Shown: positions 25,408 to 34,942, counted from the first letter of the stretch. The stretch is DNA of 47,114 nt from Ramlibacter sp. 2FC (GCA_943372585.1 CALRZF020000001.1:1-47114); one strand, 5' to 3'. The notes: a model not told the origin generated them from the letters alone. A program made the numbers and translations.

Positions 25408-26235
25408 TCACTTGATGCCTGCGCGCAGGAAGTTGTCGACGAACGCCCGCTGGAACATCAGGAAGCCGACGAGCAGAGGCCCAGACGTCAGCAGCGTAGC
25501 GGCGGTGATGATGCTCCAGTCCACGCCTTGATCGGCTTGGGCGAACACCTGCAGGCCCACAGTCAGAGGACGCGTGCCCACCGAGTTGGTGATGATGAGC
25601 GGCCACAACAGGTTGTTCCAGTGAAAGCTCACGAGCACCAGCCCATAGGCCACGTAGATAGGCCGAGCCAGTGGCACGTAGATCCGCCACAGGATTTCCA
25701 GCGTCCCCGCACCTTCCAGCCGCGCTGCGTCGTCGAGGTCCTTGGGAATGGTCTTGAAGAACTGCCGCAGCAGAAAGATGCCGAACGCCGAGCCCAGGTA
25801 GGGCAGCGCGATGGCAGTCAGTGTGTCCAACAGGCCCAACTGCGACACCGTCTTGTAGTTCTCGACCATTAGCGCCTCGGGCAGGATCATGAGCTGTGTC
25901 ATGACAAGGAAGAACGCCACGTTCTGCCCCCGGAACTGATAGCGTGCGAAGCCGTAAGCGGCTAGTGTGCACAGTACGAACTGCGCGATCGTGACCCCGA
26001 TTACCAGAAGCGTGGTGTTAACGAAGTAGGCCGCGAACGGTGCTGCATTCCATGCGTTGACGAAGTTCTCCAAGGTCAGAGGCGCGAAGAGGTCGAAGCG
26101 CACGGCGTACTCGGCAGGATGGAATGCAGTCCAGGCCGCGTAGGCGAACGGCAGGAACCACGCCAAGGCGAGTAACCAGGCACCCAGGACGTCCAGATAG
26201 CCGCCTTGGCGCAGGGGTCGGTGGATTGATTTCAT
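25408..26235 (-). CDS. carbohydrate ABC transporter permease (UgpE/MalG-like)
   Basis: 275 aa, 6 predicted TM segments. EAA loop DAARLEGAGTLEILWRIYVPLARP. Confidence 0.88.
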   Translation of the reverse strand: MKSIHRPLRQGGYLDVLGAWLLALAWFLPFAYAAWTAFHPAEYAVRFDLFAPLTLENFVNAWNAAPFAAYFVNTTLLVIGVTIAQFVLCTLAAYGFARYQFRGQNVAFFLVMTQLMILPEALMVENYKTVSQLGLLDTLTAIALPYLGSAFGIFLLRQFFKTIPKDLDDAARLEGAGTLEILWRIYVPLARPIYVAYGLVLVSFHWNNLLWPLIITNSVGTRPLTVGLQVFAQADQGVDWSIITAATLLTSGPLLVGFLMFQRAFVDNFLRAGIK

Positions 26236-27119
26236 CGGTAGTGCGCCTTGCGCTCCAGGAGGAAGAATTGGACTGCGGCAAGCCCTGCAAGCCCCATCAG
26301 CAGCAGGGCGGTTAGCGCCGCGGCGTAGGGAAGGTCCCAGAATTTGAATGCAGACTCATAAAGGTGGAACAACAGCAGCGACGTCGCATGGCCGGGACCG
26401 CCCTTGGTCATTACGATCACGTGGTCGATGATGCGAAACGCGTTAATCGTCGCGTTGATGACCACAAAGATCGTGGTGGGCATCAGCAGTGGAAAGGTTA
26501 TGCGGCTGAAGACCTGCCAACGGCTTGCGCCCTCAAGTCGCGCGGCGGCTATCAGGTCCGGCGAGATCTGCTGCAACGCCCCCAAATAGAAGATCATGAA
26601 GAAGCCAGCTTCTTTCCAGATCGTCACGATCATCACGCATGCCAGCGCCGTACCGGGCATGCCCAGCCAATTGCGTTCACCGATGCCGAACAGGCCGGTG
26701 AACTGGTCGATCAGGCCATACTGCGGCGTGAAGAAGAACAGCCATATGTTGGCTACTGCGATCATTGGCAGCACCGTCGGCAGAAAAAATGACATCCTTA
26801 GAAACCATGTACCGCGCATTTTCTGGTTGGCGAAGATAGCCATGGCCAGTGCAAGTCCGACGGCCACCGGGATGGTGACCAGCGCGTACAGCAGGTTGTT
26901 CCAAGCCGATGTGATGAATACCGGATTGGCAAAGATGTCCCGGTAATTGTCCAGACCTGCGAACGCCGCGGGGCGCAGCGGCGTTTTCTCCGTGAACAGG
27001 CTGTCCCACACCGTCCTCAGAACGGGCAGGTAGGTGAAGGCCGCGAGGAAACTCATCGCGGGCAGGATCAGCAGCCAGGCGGCGACGCTTTGGCTCAGGC
27101 GGAAGGAAGGTCTGGACAC
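26232..27119 (-). CDS. carbohydrate ABC transporter permease (UgpA/MalF-like)
   Basis: 295 aa. EAA loop AAARLEGASRWQVFSRITFPLLMP. ATGA overlap with the downstream permease. Confidence 0.88.
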   Translation of the reverse strand: MSRPSFRLSQSVAAWLLILPAMSFLAAFTYLPVLRTVWDSLFTEKTPLRPAAFAGLDNYRDIFANPVFITSAWNNLLYALVTIPVAVGLALAMAIFANQKMRGTWFLRMSFFLPTVLPMIAVANIWLFFFTPQYGLIDQFTGLFGIGERNWLGMPGTALACVMIVTIWKEAGFFMIFYLGALQQISPDLIAAARLEGASRWQVFSRITFPLLMPTTIFVVINATINAFRIIDHVIVMTKGGPGHATSLLLFHLYESAFKFWDLPYAAALTALLLMGLAGLAAVQFFLLERKAHYR

Positions 27120-27140
27120 GGGAAAGCTACCAGGTTGATG

Positions 27141-28430
27141 TCAGCGCATGCGCGACAGGATTCGCTCGGTCTTCTGCTGCGCTTCGTCCAGCGCCGCTTG
27201 CGGAGTCTTGGAACCGGCCATCACGGCTTGGACGTTAGTGTCGATTTCGTTCGTCACCTGCGGCTGCCGGTAGGTGGACAGTTCGCGTACTGCCGTGGCC
27301 AGTTGGTCACGAGCCACTAGGTACTGCGGGAACTTGCCCACATGTTCTTTCATGAGCGCGGTGTCGTAGGCGCCAGGTGTGGTGGCGATATAGCCGGTCT
27401 TGACAGCCCACTCGGCTGCGCGCTCCGGCTTGCCCAGCCAGCGCGCCAGTCGGGCGGCCGCCTGCTGCTGGTCCGGCGGTGCGCCCTTGAACACATACAG
27501 ATTGCCGCCGCCCGTGGGCGTGCCCGCAGCCTTATGGGCAGGAAGCGGCGAGGCACCAAAAGGAAATTTGGCATTTGCACGGAAGAAGCCCAGGTTGCCC
27601 GTGGTTGTCATCAACATAGCCGTACGTCCCTCGATGAAGTCGCGCGGTGAGGTGCCCCACTCGATCACGCCAGGAGCCATAACCTTGTGCACCGATGCCA
27701 GGTCACGCCACCAGGTCAACGCGGCCACCGCCTCGGGCGAATTCACGCGCAGTTTGGCTTCATCGGTGGAAATGTCGGCGCCGTTCTGCAGTGAAAAGCT
27801 CTGCAGCGTCCAGTACGCAGACAGCGAGGAGGGAATCTGCACGCCCCAGCGCGTGACATTTCCCGAAGCGTCACGCTTGACCAGCTTTTTGGAAAAGGAG
27901 GCTACCTCGTCCCAGTTCTTCGGGCCCTTCTCCGGGTCCAGGCCGGCCTCCTTGAAGGCGTCCTTGTTCCAGTACCAGATCTGCACCGAGCGCTGCAGCG
28001 GTATGCCGTAGGTCTTCCCCTTGTACATGCCATTGCGGGTGAGTGCGGGAAAGTAGCCTTTGACCCAATCCGTGTTGCCGTCAGGCTGCTTGATGTCGTC
28101 GAAAGCAGCAACGGCGTCTGCTTCCAACAACGTGAATAGTTGCGCCGATAGGATGTGCGCGATCGCAGGCGGCTTGCCGGCCTTGTGCGCGGTCAGCGCC
28201 TTGGACAGCGTCTCGTCAAAGGTGCCCGAGTAGATCGCGTTGACCTTGACGTCGGGATTTTCCTTTTGAAAGTCGGTGATCAGGTCCTGAACGATCTTGG
28301 CGATCGGGCCGGATGCCGACACGGGGTAGTAAAGGTCGATTTCCGTCGCTGGGGCGGCGGTAGCCGACAGCGACAGCGCCAACCCGCCGGCCGCCAGCGC
28401 GGTGCACAAGGCTCTTCTGATAATTTGCAT
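27141..28430 (-). CDS. carbohydrate/organophosphate ABC substrate-binding protein (SBP family 1), paralog 2
   Basis: 429 aa, signal peptide MQIIRRALCTALAAGGLALSLSATA. Colinear with the protein at 22129-23418. Confidence 0.88.
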   Translation of the reverse strand: MQIIRRALCTALAAGGLALSLSATAAPATEIDLYYPVSASGPIAKIVQDLITDFQKENPDVKVNAIYSGTFDETLSKALTAHKAGKPPAIAHILSAQLFTLLEADAVAAFDDIKQPDGNTDWVKGYFPALTRNGMYKGKTYGIPLQRSVQIWYWNKDAFKEAGLDPEKGPKNWDEVASFSKKLVKRDASGNVTRWGVQIPSSLSAYWTLQSFSLQNGADISTDEAKLRVNSPEAVAALTWWRDLASVHKVMAPGVIEWGTSPRDFIEGRTAMLMTTTGNLGFFRANAKFPFGASPLPAHKAAGTPTGGGNLYVFKGAPPDQQQAAARLARWLGKPERAAEWAVKTGYIATTPGAYDTALMKEHVGKFPQYLVARDQLATAVRELSTYRQPQVTNEIDTNVQAVMAGSKTPQAALDEAQQKTERILSRMR

Positions 28431-28471
28431 TTCATTGTCTCCAGGTTAAGGGCTTGCGCCCGATGGGTTGA

Positions 28472-29521
28472 TCAGTCGAGCCGCGTTTGGCCGACGTGGT
28501 GGAAAAGATGCTCTTGCGTTTCGTGCCAGGTCACCGGGACAACTTCGCCGACAGCAGGAACGGCACGGTCGGATGGCGCCCGCAAGACAAGCGAGCCGCC
28601 AGCGACCTCACAGGTAACCATGGACGCGCCTCCCACGTATTCGACGTCAGTCACCCGGCCCATAAACCTTGCAGGATCACCCAGGACCACATGCTCCGGG
28701 CGAACCCCCACCACGACGCCGCCATCGCGGGCGAGCGCTGCTCGCGCGCTGGCGGAATGCACCTGCGCGGAATCGTTCGCGCCCGGGGCCAGGGTCATCA
28801 GGTTCATGGCGGGCGAGCCGATGAACCGCGCGGCGAACAGGTTCTGCGGTGTCTCGTGCAACTGCGTGGGACTGCCCTTTTGCATCACGTGGCCCTGCGA
28901 CATCAGCACAATCTGGTCGGCCATGCTCATGGCTTCGATCTGGTCGTGGGTCACGTAGATCAGCGTGAAGCCCAGGCGCTTTTGCAGCCCCAGGATTTCG
29001 CGCCGCACCGAGTGGCGCAACTGCACGTCCAGGTTGGACAACGGCTCGTCCATCAGGCATACGGGCGTGCGCGCCACGATCGCACGACACAACGCCACGC
29101 GCTGCTGCTGGCCACCCGACAGCTGGGCGGGGCGGCGATCGAGCAGCGCGCCCAGATTGAGCATCTCGGCGGCCTCTGCCAGCCGCTGGCGCCGCTCGGG
29201 TTCGGGTACGCGACGCACCCGCAGCCCGAACATGACGTTCTCGGCCACCGTCATGTGTGGAAACAGGGCATAAGACTGGAACACCAACGACAGCCCCCGC
29301 TGCTGCGGCGGCGCTTGAGTGATGTCGTTGCCGTCCAGCACGATGCGCCCCTGGTCGGCGTGATCCAGACCGGCAATGAGCTTGAGCAGGGTGGACTTGC
29401 CGCAACCAGAAGGGCCAAGCAGCGCCACAAACTCACCGGGCGCGGCAGTGAAGCTCACGCCATCCAGAATCTTGTTGCCGGCAATGCTCTTGGTCAGGTT
29501 TTCTACGCGCAGTTCTTTCAT
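28472..29521 (-). CDS. ABC transporter ATP-binding protein (UgpC/MalK-like)
   Basis: Walker A GPSGCGKST, signature LSGGQQQRVALCRAI, Walker B CLMDEPLSNLD. MalK-type C-terminal regulatory domain. Confidence 0.9.
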   Translation of the reverse strand: MKELRVENLTKSIAGNKILDGVSFTAAPGEFVALLGPSGCGKSTLLKLIAGLDHADQGRIVLDGNDITQAPPQQRGLSLVFQSYALFPHMTVAENVMFGLRVRRVPEPERRQRLAEAAEMLNLGALLDRRPAQLSGGQQQRVALCRAIVARTPVCLMDEPLSNLDVQLRHSVRREILGLQKRLGFTLIYVTHDQIEAMSMADQIVLMSQGHVMQKGSPTQLHETPQNLFAARFIGSPAMNLMTLAPGANDSAQVHSASARAALARDGGVVVGVRPEHVVLGDPARFMGRVTDVEYVGGASMVTCEVAGGSLVLRAPSDRAVPAVGEVVPVTWHETQEHLFHHVGQTRLD

Positions 29522-30360
29522 CGATCGCTTTCAAAGGGGAGAAGGCCGTGCGGTGGCGGATTGCAGCGGATGGCGTGCAGCGCCGAATCCACTGCCGCCG
29601 GCAGGCCGGCTACACAGGCGAAGGGGCCGGTGGTCGGGTCCGCAGACCATTCCAGCGTGTGCGTCAGGCCCACCTCTTGCAAAATCAGGAAGCCCGCGCA
29701 GACATCCCACAGGTGGTCGTCGAGCGCCAGGTACAGGTCGCCCTGCCCTTGGGCCAGCGCCGCGAGTGCTGCCGTCGCGCAGTGCAGTCGGCGTTCCGAA
29801 CCCCGTAGTTCGTCTCGCACCAGCGTGGTCAGCCAGCACAGAGCCGGCGTGCTCATGCGGGGGCCCGCGCCGGTGAAGGCCAATAGGTCGCCCGCGCCAC
29901 GGCGCGTTGGCAACTGCACGCCGTTGCGCCATGCGCCTCGGCCGTTTTGCGCAGTCAACAGCACGCCCAATGCGGGCTGGTAAATCACGCCCGCCAATGG
30001 CCGGCCCTGCTCCAGCACGCCGATGGACACGCCCCAGTGAGCCATGCCGCGAATGAAGTTGTGCGTGCCGTCGATCGGATCGATGACCCACAAGCGGCCC
30101 GAAGCTCCGGTGCGGCTCGCGCCCTCTTCGCCCATTACAGCGTCACCGGGAAACAACCGGGCGATTTCCGAGGTGATGAACGACTCAACCTCGCGGTCGG
30201 CCCTTGTCACGTAGTCCAGCGCGCCCTTGCTTTCCACCGCGAGCGAATGGAGCTCGCCCTGGTGGCGCAACGCGAGCGCGCCGGCGCCTTGCGCGATGAC
30301 GGTGAGCGACGCTCCCCAGTCCAGCCCAGGCGTCGCTTCAGGATTGCAGTGCGTGGTCAT
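29518..30360 (-). CDS. inositol-monophosphatase-family phosphatase
   Basis: ATG 30360 (ATGA overlap with the galM stop). Motifs VMGEEG and WVIDPIDGTHNFIRG. ATGA overlap with the downstream ATPase start. Confidence 0.85.
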   Translation of the reverse strand: MTTHCNPEATPGLDWGASLTVIAQGAGALALRHQGELHSLAVESKGALDYVTRADREVESFITSEIARLFPGDAVMGEEGASRTGASGRLWVIDPIDGTHNFIRGMAHWGVSIGVLEQGRPLAGVIYQPALGVLLTAQNGRGAWRNGVQLPTRRGAGDLLAFTGAGPRMSTPALCWLTTLVRDELRGSERRLHCATAALAALAQGQGDLYLALDDHLWDVCAGFLILQEVGLTHTLEWSADPTTGPFACVAGLPAAVDSALHAIRCNPPPHGLLPFESDR

Positions 30361-31382
30361 TCGCCCGCCCCCTGGAGGAACTGGTAAGTAATCGCATGGC
30401 GACGCGGGTTGCCGGGCTGCTGCGTGGGCTGCGGCCACGCGGTGCGGTTCGGACTATCGGGGAAGTACTGCGGCTCCAGCGCGATGCCGGCATGGGCGCG
30501 GTAAGGCGCGCCGTCACGCCCGGGCGTGCCCGCCAGCTGATTGCCGGTGTAAACCTGCAGGCCCGGGTAGCTGGTGGACATGCTCAGGCCCAATCGCCCG
30601 TCCGCGCTCCACACCTCGGCCGCCGCTTCACCCGGCGCCTTGCAGGCCGCACGCAGCGCATAGCAGTGGTCGTAGCCGCCGGCCAGCGCCAACTGCGGAT
30701 GACCATTGAGGCGCTCACCGATGACGCAGGACCCGTTCAGATCAAAGGCCGTTCCGTGCACCGGCGCCAGCTCGCCTGTGGGGATCAGGCCGTCATCGAC
30801 CGGCAGAAAGTGATCGGCGGCAACGCGCACGCGATGGGCATGCACTGTCTCGTGTTGCGCGTCCAGGTTGAAGTACGCGTGGCTGGAAAGGTTGACAGGA
30901 CACGGCGCATCAACTTCCGTCACGAAGGTGATGGACACCTGGCGCGGCGTCGCAATGCGGTATTCGACCTGCGCGCGCAGCGCGCCGGGAAAGCCCTGGT
31001 CGCCCGGCGGAGAGGCCAGCCCGAGTCGCACGTGCCGCGCATCGCAGCTGACCTCGCGCCAGCGGCGGCGGTCGAAGCCGTCAGGGCCACCATGCAATTG
31101 GTTAGCCCCTTCGTTCCGCTCCAGAAGATGGGTCCGCCCATTCAACTCGAAGCGGGCGCCAGCGATGCGATTGGCGTACCGCCCCACCACCGCGCCCAGG
31201 TAGCCGGGCTGAGCAGGATGATCCTCGGGCCGGGGGCGACCCAGTAACACTTCGCGCCGCGCGCCGTCCACCGGCACTTGACAGGATAGCCAAGTGGCAC
31301 CGATGTCCATGATCTGCAGGGAAAAGCCCGTCTCGTCCGACAACGTGAATAAGCGGGGGGACTGAGGAAGATTCACACGCAC
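30357..31382 (-). CDS. galM: aldose 1-epimerase (galactose mutarotase)
   Basis: ..GRYANRIAGARFELNGRTHLLERNEGANQLHGGPDGFDRRRW.. is typical of GalM. GTG start at 31382 (alternative GTG at 31376). Confidence 0.85.
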   Translation of the reverse strand: MRVNLPQSPRLFTLSDETGFSLQIMDIGATWLSCQVPVDGARREVLLGRPRPEDHPAQPGYLGAVVGRYANRIAGARFELNGRTHLLERNEGANQLHGGPDGFDRRRWREVSCDARHVRLGLASPPGDQGFPGALRAQVEYRIATPRQVSITFVTEVDAPCPVNLSSHAYFNLDAQHETVHAHRVRVAADHFLPVDDGLIPTGELAPVHGTAFDLNGSCVIGERLNGHPQLALAGGYDHCYALRAACKAPGEAAAEVWSADGRLGLSMSTSYPGLQVYTGNQLAGTPGRDGAPYRAHAGIALEPQYFPDSPNRTAWPQPTQQPGNPRRHAITYQFLQGAGE

Positions 31383-31406
31383 CTTTGCAACAACTTCGAC
31401 TTATTG

Positions 31407-31424
31407 TCGCAATATTTATTGCGA
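31407..31424. promoter_or_regulatory. palindrome TCGCAAT-ATTT-ATTGCGA upstream of galM (candidate operator)
   Basis: Read directly. 7-bp perfect arms, 25-42 nt upstream of the galM GTG. Adjacent GCGACAAT (RC of 31403-31410) recurs at 32610-32617 upstream of ugpB. Confidence 0.4.
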
Positions 31425-31497
31425 TTAAAGCTAGGGCAAACCCTTGGAGGAGCTGGAAGGCAATGGACTAACGCCAGACGGCGCCGGCCGGGCGGGG

Positions 31498-32469
31498 CTA
31501 GATCTTGGTGCTGACCAAGGGCGCCGGCGTGCCACGCGGGAAGTCAAAGGCTATGCGCATCACCATGTCCTGCGGATAGTTGCCGAACTTGCGGCCAAAC
31601 AGGTTCATACCGCCTTGGTGGCGCGCGTCGGGCTTTACGCCCAGGCGCACCTTGATGTGATTGGCCTTGTCGAGGTTGAGGCTGCCGATGTCCACGGACG
31701 ACAGGGTTACGCCGTCGATCATGGCGCCCTGCGGATTGACCGACCACTGCTTCTGAAGGCCGTGAGTGGTGCGCTCCACTGGCCACCAGGCGGGCGTCAT
31801 CAGCGCGGCCGCGCCGCCGAAGTCTCCGGGACAGGTCCAGGTGCCGATCTCGATGTCGTTGATCCACAACGTGATGTCCGACGGCCAGTCCGGGTTGTAC
31901 TGGGGCGCTTCGGAGCAGATTTCGACCGACAGCTCCAACGTCCGGGGGATGGCGCCGAACGGCAGGTTGTTGGGAAAGGCGTATTCGATGCTGCCATGGG
32001 CAAACCAGATCAACTGCGCATTCACGTGCTCGGGTTCGTAGAACGAGCGCGGGTCGTCCAGCATCCCGATGATCTTGTTTTCGGACACCAGGCCGCAGGT
32101 GGGCCGGGCCTCGACATGGCGATAGCTGCCAATCGGCATCGAGATCGAGATCACGTTCTTGTCAGCCTGGACTTCGGCGCCGGGCAGGCGGATGCGGACT
32201 TCGTCGTAGCGCTTGCGGCACAGCTTCTGGGTGCCGCGCGTGCCGGGCTCGGTCTCCACCACCACCAGCCCCACCGCCTGCAACTGGTTGACGTTGAAGC
32301 TCACCGTGGAATGGGGCAGGCCCATGGCCTGTGCCAGCTCGGACAGGTTCAGGCCTTGGTGCGTGAGCAGGCCCAGAATCGCCTGGCGCGGCTCGGAGGC
32401 CAGTGCCTTGACCACTGGCACCACCGCTTCGCCTTCCACGATCAATACCCTTGCGTCATCCGTTTTCAT
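31498..32469 (-). CDS. ArsR-family HTH regulator with a large C-terminal domain
   Basis: ATG 32469. VVKALASEPRQAILGLLTHQGLNLSELAQAMGLPHSTVSFNVNQLQAVGLV is an ArsR-type winged HTH, followed by about 230 aa of an uncharacterised beta-rich domain. The track start 32544 is an extension. Confidence 0.75.
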   Translation of the reverse strand: MKTDDARVLIVEGEAVVPVVKALASEPRQAILGLLTHQGLNLSELAQAMGLPHSTVSFNVNQLQAVGLVVVETEPGTRGTQKLCRKRYDEVRIRLPGAEVQADKNVISISMPIGSYRHVEARPTCGLVSENKIIGMLDDPRSFYEPEHVNAQLIWFAHGSIEYAFPNNLPFGAIPRTLELSVEICSEAPQYNPDWPSDITLWINDIEIGTWTCPGDFGGAAALMTPAWWPVERTTHGLQKQWSVNPQGAMIDGVTLSSVDIGSLNLDKANHIKVRLGVKPDARHQGGMNLFGRKFGNYPQDMVMRIAFDFPRGTPAPLVSTKI

Positions 32470-32692
32470 GTCGCTTCCACTCACTATTGCAAACCAAGTT
32501 GCGAGTTTACCGGGGGCGTTGGACCTTCGAAAACATTCTGTCAACGACGGTCTGGCTCATTTCCGCCCATATTTGAGGGTAATTACCTATATTTATCACA
32601 ATATCAATCGCGACAATCAATTCGACTTGTTAAATACTCCATTAGGAGTGATCCCGGCCTCTGGCCTATTTGAACCACTGAGGAGACAGACC

Positions 32693-34000
32693 ATGAAGAT
32701 GCGCATCTTGGGGGCCGCCGTCACGGCGGCCGCCTGCGTGACCGCCGCGCAGGGCGCGAACATCGAGTTCTGGTACGGCAACACCGGCCACGTGGAGACT
32801 GCGATCCGCGCGCAGTGCGACGCCTTCAACGCCGCCCAATCCCAGCACCGCGTGAACTGCGTGGGTCAGGGGACCTACGAGATCGCGATGCAAAAGGCTA
32901 TTGCCGCCTACCGCGCGCGCAATCACCCGGTGCTGATCCAGTTCTTTGACGCGGGCACGCTGGACATGATGCTGTCCAACGCCGTGGTGCCGGTGCAGGA
33001 CATCCTGCCGGACGTCAAGTGGGACAACTACATTTCAGGCGCGCGGGCCTACTACGAGACTTCGGACCGCAAGCTGTACGCGCAGCCGTACAACTCTTCC
33101 ACGCTGCTGTTCTATACCAACAAGACCCAGCTCGAAAAGGCCGGCGTCACCAAGACACCCACCACCTGGGAGGAAGTGATCGACGCCGCGCGCAAGCTCA
33201 AGGCGTCGGGCCACAGTTGCCCCTTCGTCACCAATGCCGAGCCCTGGATCGTGCTGGAGCAGTTCTCGGCGCGGCATGGCGTGCCCATCGCGAGCAAGCA
33301 CAACGGCTACGGCGGCCTGGACGCCGAGTACGTGTTCAACAAGACCATCGCGGCCAAACACATGACCAACTTGGCCCAGTGGCGCAACGAAGGCCTGGTG
33401 CGGCTGAACCCCGATACCAAGGCAGGCAATTTCATCGGGGCGTTCAGCGCCGGGGAATGCGCAATGGTGGAAACCTCGTCGCGCTACTACGCGCCGTTCG
33501 CCAAAGCATTCGATGGCAAGTACGAAGTCACCGTCAGCATGGCACCCATGTACAAAGGCCACAAGCGCCACAACACCATGGTGGGCGGCGCTTCGATCTA
33601 CGTGATGAAGGGCCACAACCGCCCCGAGATCGAGGCCGCCAAGGCGTTCCTGGACTTCGTGCGCCGTCCCGAGCAGCAGATGAGTTTCGTCGCGGCGACG
33701 GCCTACGTGCCCGTCACCAACGACGTGATGCTGTCCATCGCCCGCAGCGGGGAAATCAACTCGCCCAAGTACGCCACCGCTGCCATCGGCATCGAGTCGA
33801 TGAACCAGCCGCAGACCGCCGACACGCGCGGCATCCGCCTGGGTCTGTTCGGACAGTTCCGCCAGTTCTGGGAGGAGGAAACGCAGAAGGCGTTCGCCGG
33901 CAAACAGAGTATGCAGGTCGCGCAGGACAACGCCAAGAAGCGCGGCGACGAACTGCTGCGGCGCTTCCAGCAGACCTACAAGGGCGTGAAGCTTCCCTGA
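32693..34000 (+). CDS. ugpB: sn-glycerol-3-phosphate ABC transporter substrate-binding protein
   Basis: ATG 32693 with GAGGAGA SD. Colinear by eye with E. coli UgpB (..AQPYNSSTLLFYTNK.., ..MVGGASIYVMKG.., ..AKAFLDFVRRPEQQ.., ..RGDELLRRFQ..). The track start 32213 is spurious. Confidence 0.85.
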   Translation: MKMRILGAAVTAAACVTAAQGANIEFWYGNTGHVETAIRAQCDAFNAAQSQHRVNCVGQGTYEIAMQKAIAAYRARNHPVLIQFFDAGTLDMMLSNAVVPVQDILPDVKWDNYISGARAYYETSDRKLYAQPYNSSTLLFYTNKTQLEKAGVTKTPTTWEEVIDAARKLKASGHSCPFVTNAEPWIVLEQFSARHGVPIASKHNGYGGLDAEYVFNKTIAAKHMTNLAQWRNEGLVRLNPDTKAGNFIGAFSAGECAMVETSSRYYAPFAKAFDGKYEVTVSMAPMYKGHKRHNTMVGGASIYVMKGHNRPEIEAAKAFLDFVRRPEQQMSFVAATAYVPVTNDVMLSIARSGEINSPKYATAAIGIESMNQPQTADTRGIRLGLFGQFRQFWEEETQKAFAGKQSMQVAQDNAKKRGDELLRRFQQTYKGVKLP

Positions 34001-34051
34001 ACGGCAGACCCGTGCGGCGCCCGCACGCGGCGCCGCACACACTGAGACCCC

Positions 34052-34942
34052 ATGACATCCCATTCGACTTATTTCAGGGGCCGCTGGCTGCCGGTGCTGC
34101 TGGTGGCCCCCCTGTTGTTGCTCATCGCACTGTTTTTCTACGTGCCGATCTTCCAGGCGTTTTACTGGTCCCTATTCCTGGAGCGGCCGTTCGGCGGCGG
34201 ATCGCAGTACGTAGGCCTGGACAATTTCGAGCGAGTGCTATCTGACGCCGAGTTCTGGAAAGCCGCCACCCGCACGCTCGTGTTCATGGTGACGGCGTCC
34301 GTGCTGTCGGTGCTGGTTCCGCTGGTGCTGGCGCTCGCCGCCGACCGCAAGATCCGTCTGTCCATGCCCGCACGCAACATCCTGGTGTGGCCCAAGGGCG
34401 TTGCCGGCGCATCGATCGGCATGGTGTTCGCGTTCGTGTTCAACCCCTTCGTGGGCGTGCTCGCGCCGCTGAACGCCCTGTTCCCCGGCGCCTGGGCACC
34501 GGGCGTGGACGGCACCGATGCATTCATCGCCATCGTCGCCGCCTATGTGTGGGGCGGCATCCCATTCAACTTCATCATCCTGCTGGCTGGGCTGCAGTCG
34601 ATTCCGCACACGATGCACCAAGCCGCGGCCATGGACGGGGCAAGCCCTTGGCGGCAGATCTTTGACCTTCAGATTCCGCTGATCGCGCCCCAGCTGTTCC
34701 TTACTTTAGTGCTGGAGTTCACCGAAAGCGTAACTTCGGCCTTCGCGCTGATCGACACGATCACGCGGGGCGGGCCGGGCGGCTCCACCACGCTGCTGGT
34801 CTACAAGATCTACGCCGATGGGTTCAAGAGCTATGACCTGTCCGGCGCATCCACGCAGACCGCCATCCTGATGGTCTTTGTCCTATTGCTGACCGCCGCG
34901 CAGTTCGTCTTTCTCGGACGGCGCATCAACTACGAGCGCTGA
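34052..34942 (+). CDS. ugpA: sn-glycerol-3-phosphate ABC transporter permease
   Basis: FRGRWLPVLLVAPLLLLIALFFYVP.., ..YVGLDNFERVL.., ..LQSIPHTMHQAAAMDGASPWRQIFDLQIPLIAP.. parallel E. coli UgpA. Confidence 0.85.
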   Translation: MTSHSTYFRGRWLPVLLVAPLLLLIALFFYVPIFQAFYWSLFLERPFGGGSQYVGLDNFERVLSDAEFWKAATRTLVFMVTASVLSVLVPLVLALAADRKIRLSMPARNILVWPKGVAGASIGMVFAFVFNPFVGVLAPLNALFPGAWAPGVDGTDAFIAIVAAYVWGGIPFNFIILLAGLQSIPHTMHQAAAMDGASPWRQIFDLQIPLIAPQLFLTLVLEFTESVTSAFALIDTITRGGPGGSTTLLVYKIYADGFKSYDLSGASTQTAILMVFVLLLTAAQFVFLGRRINYER

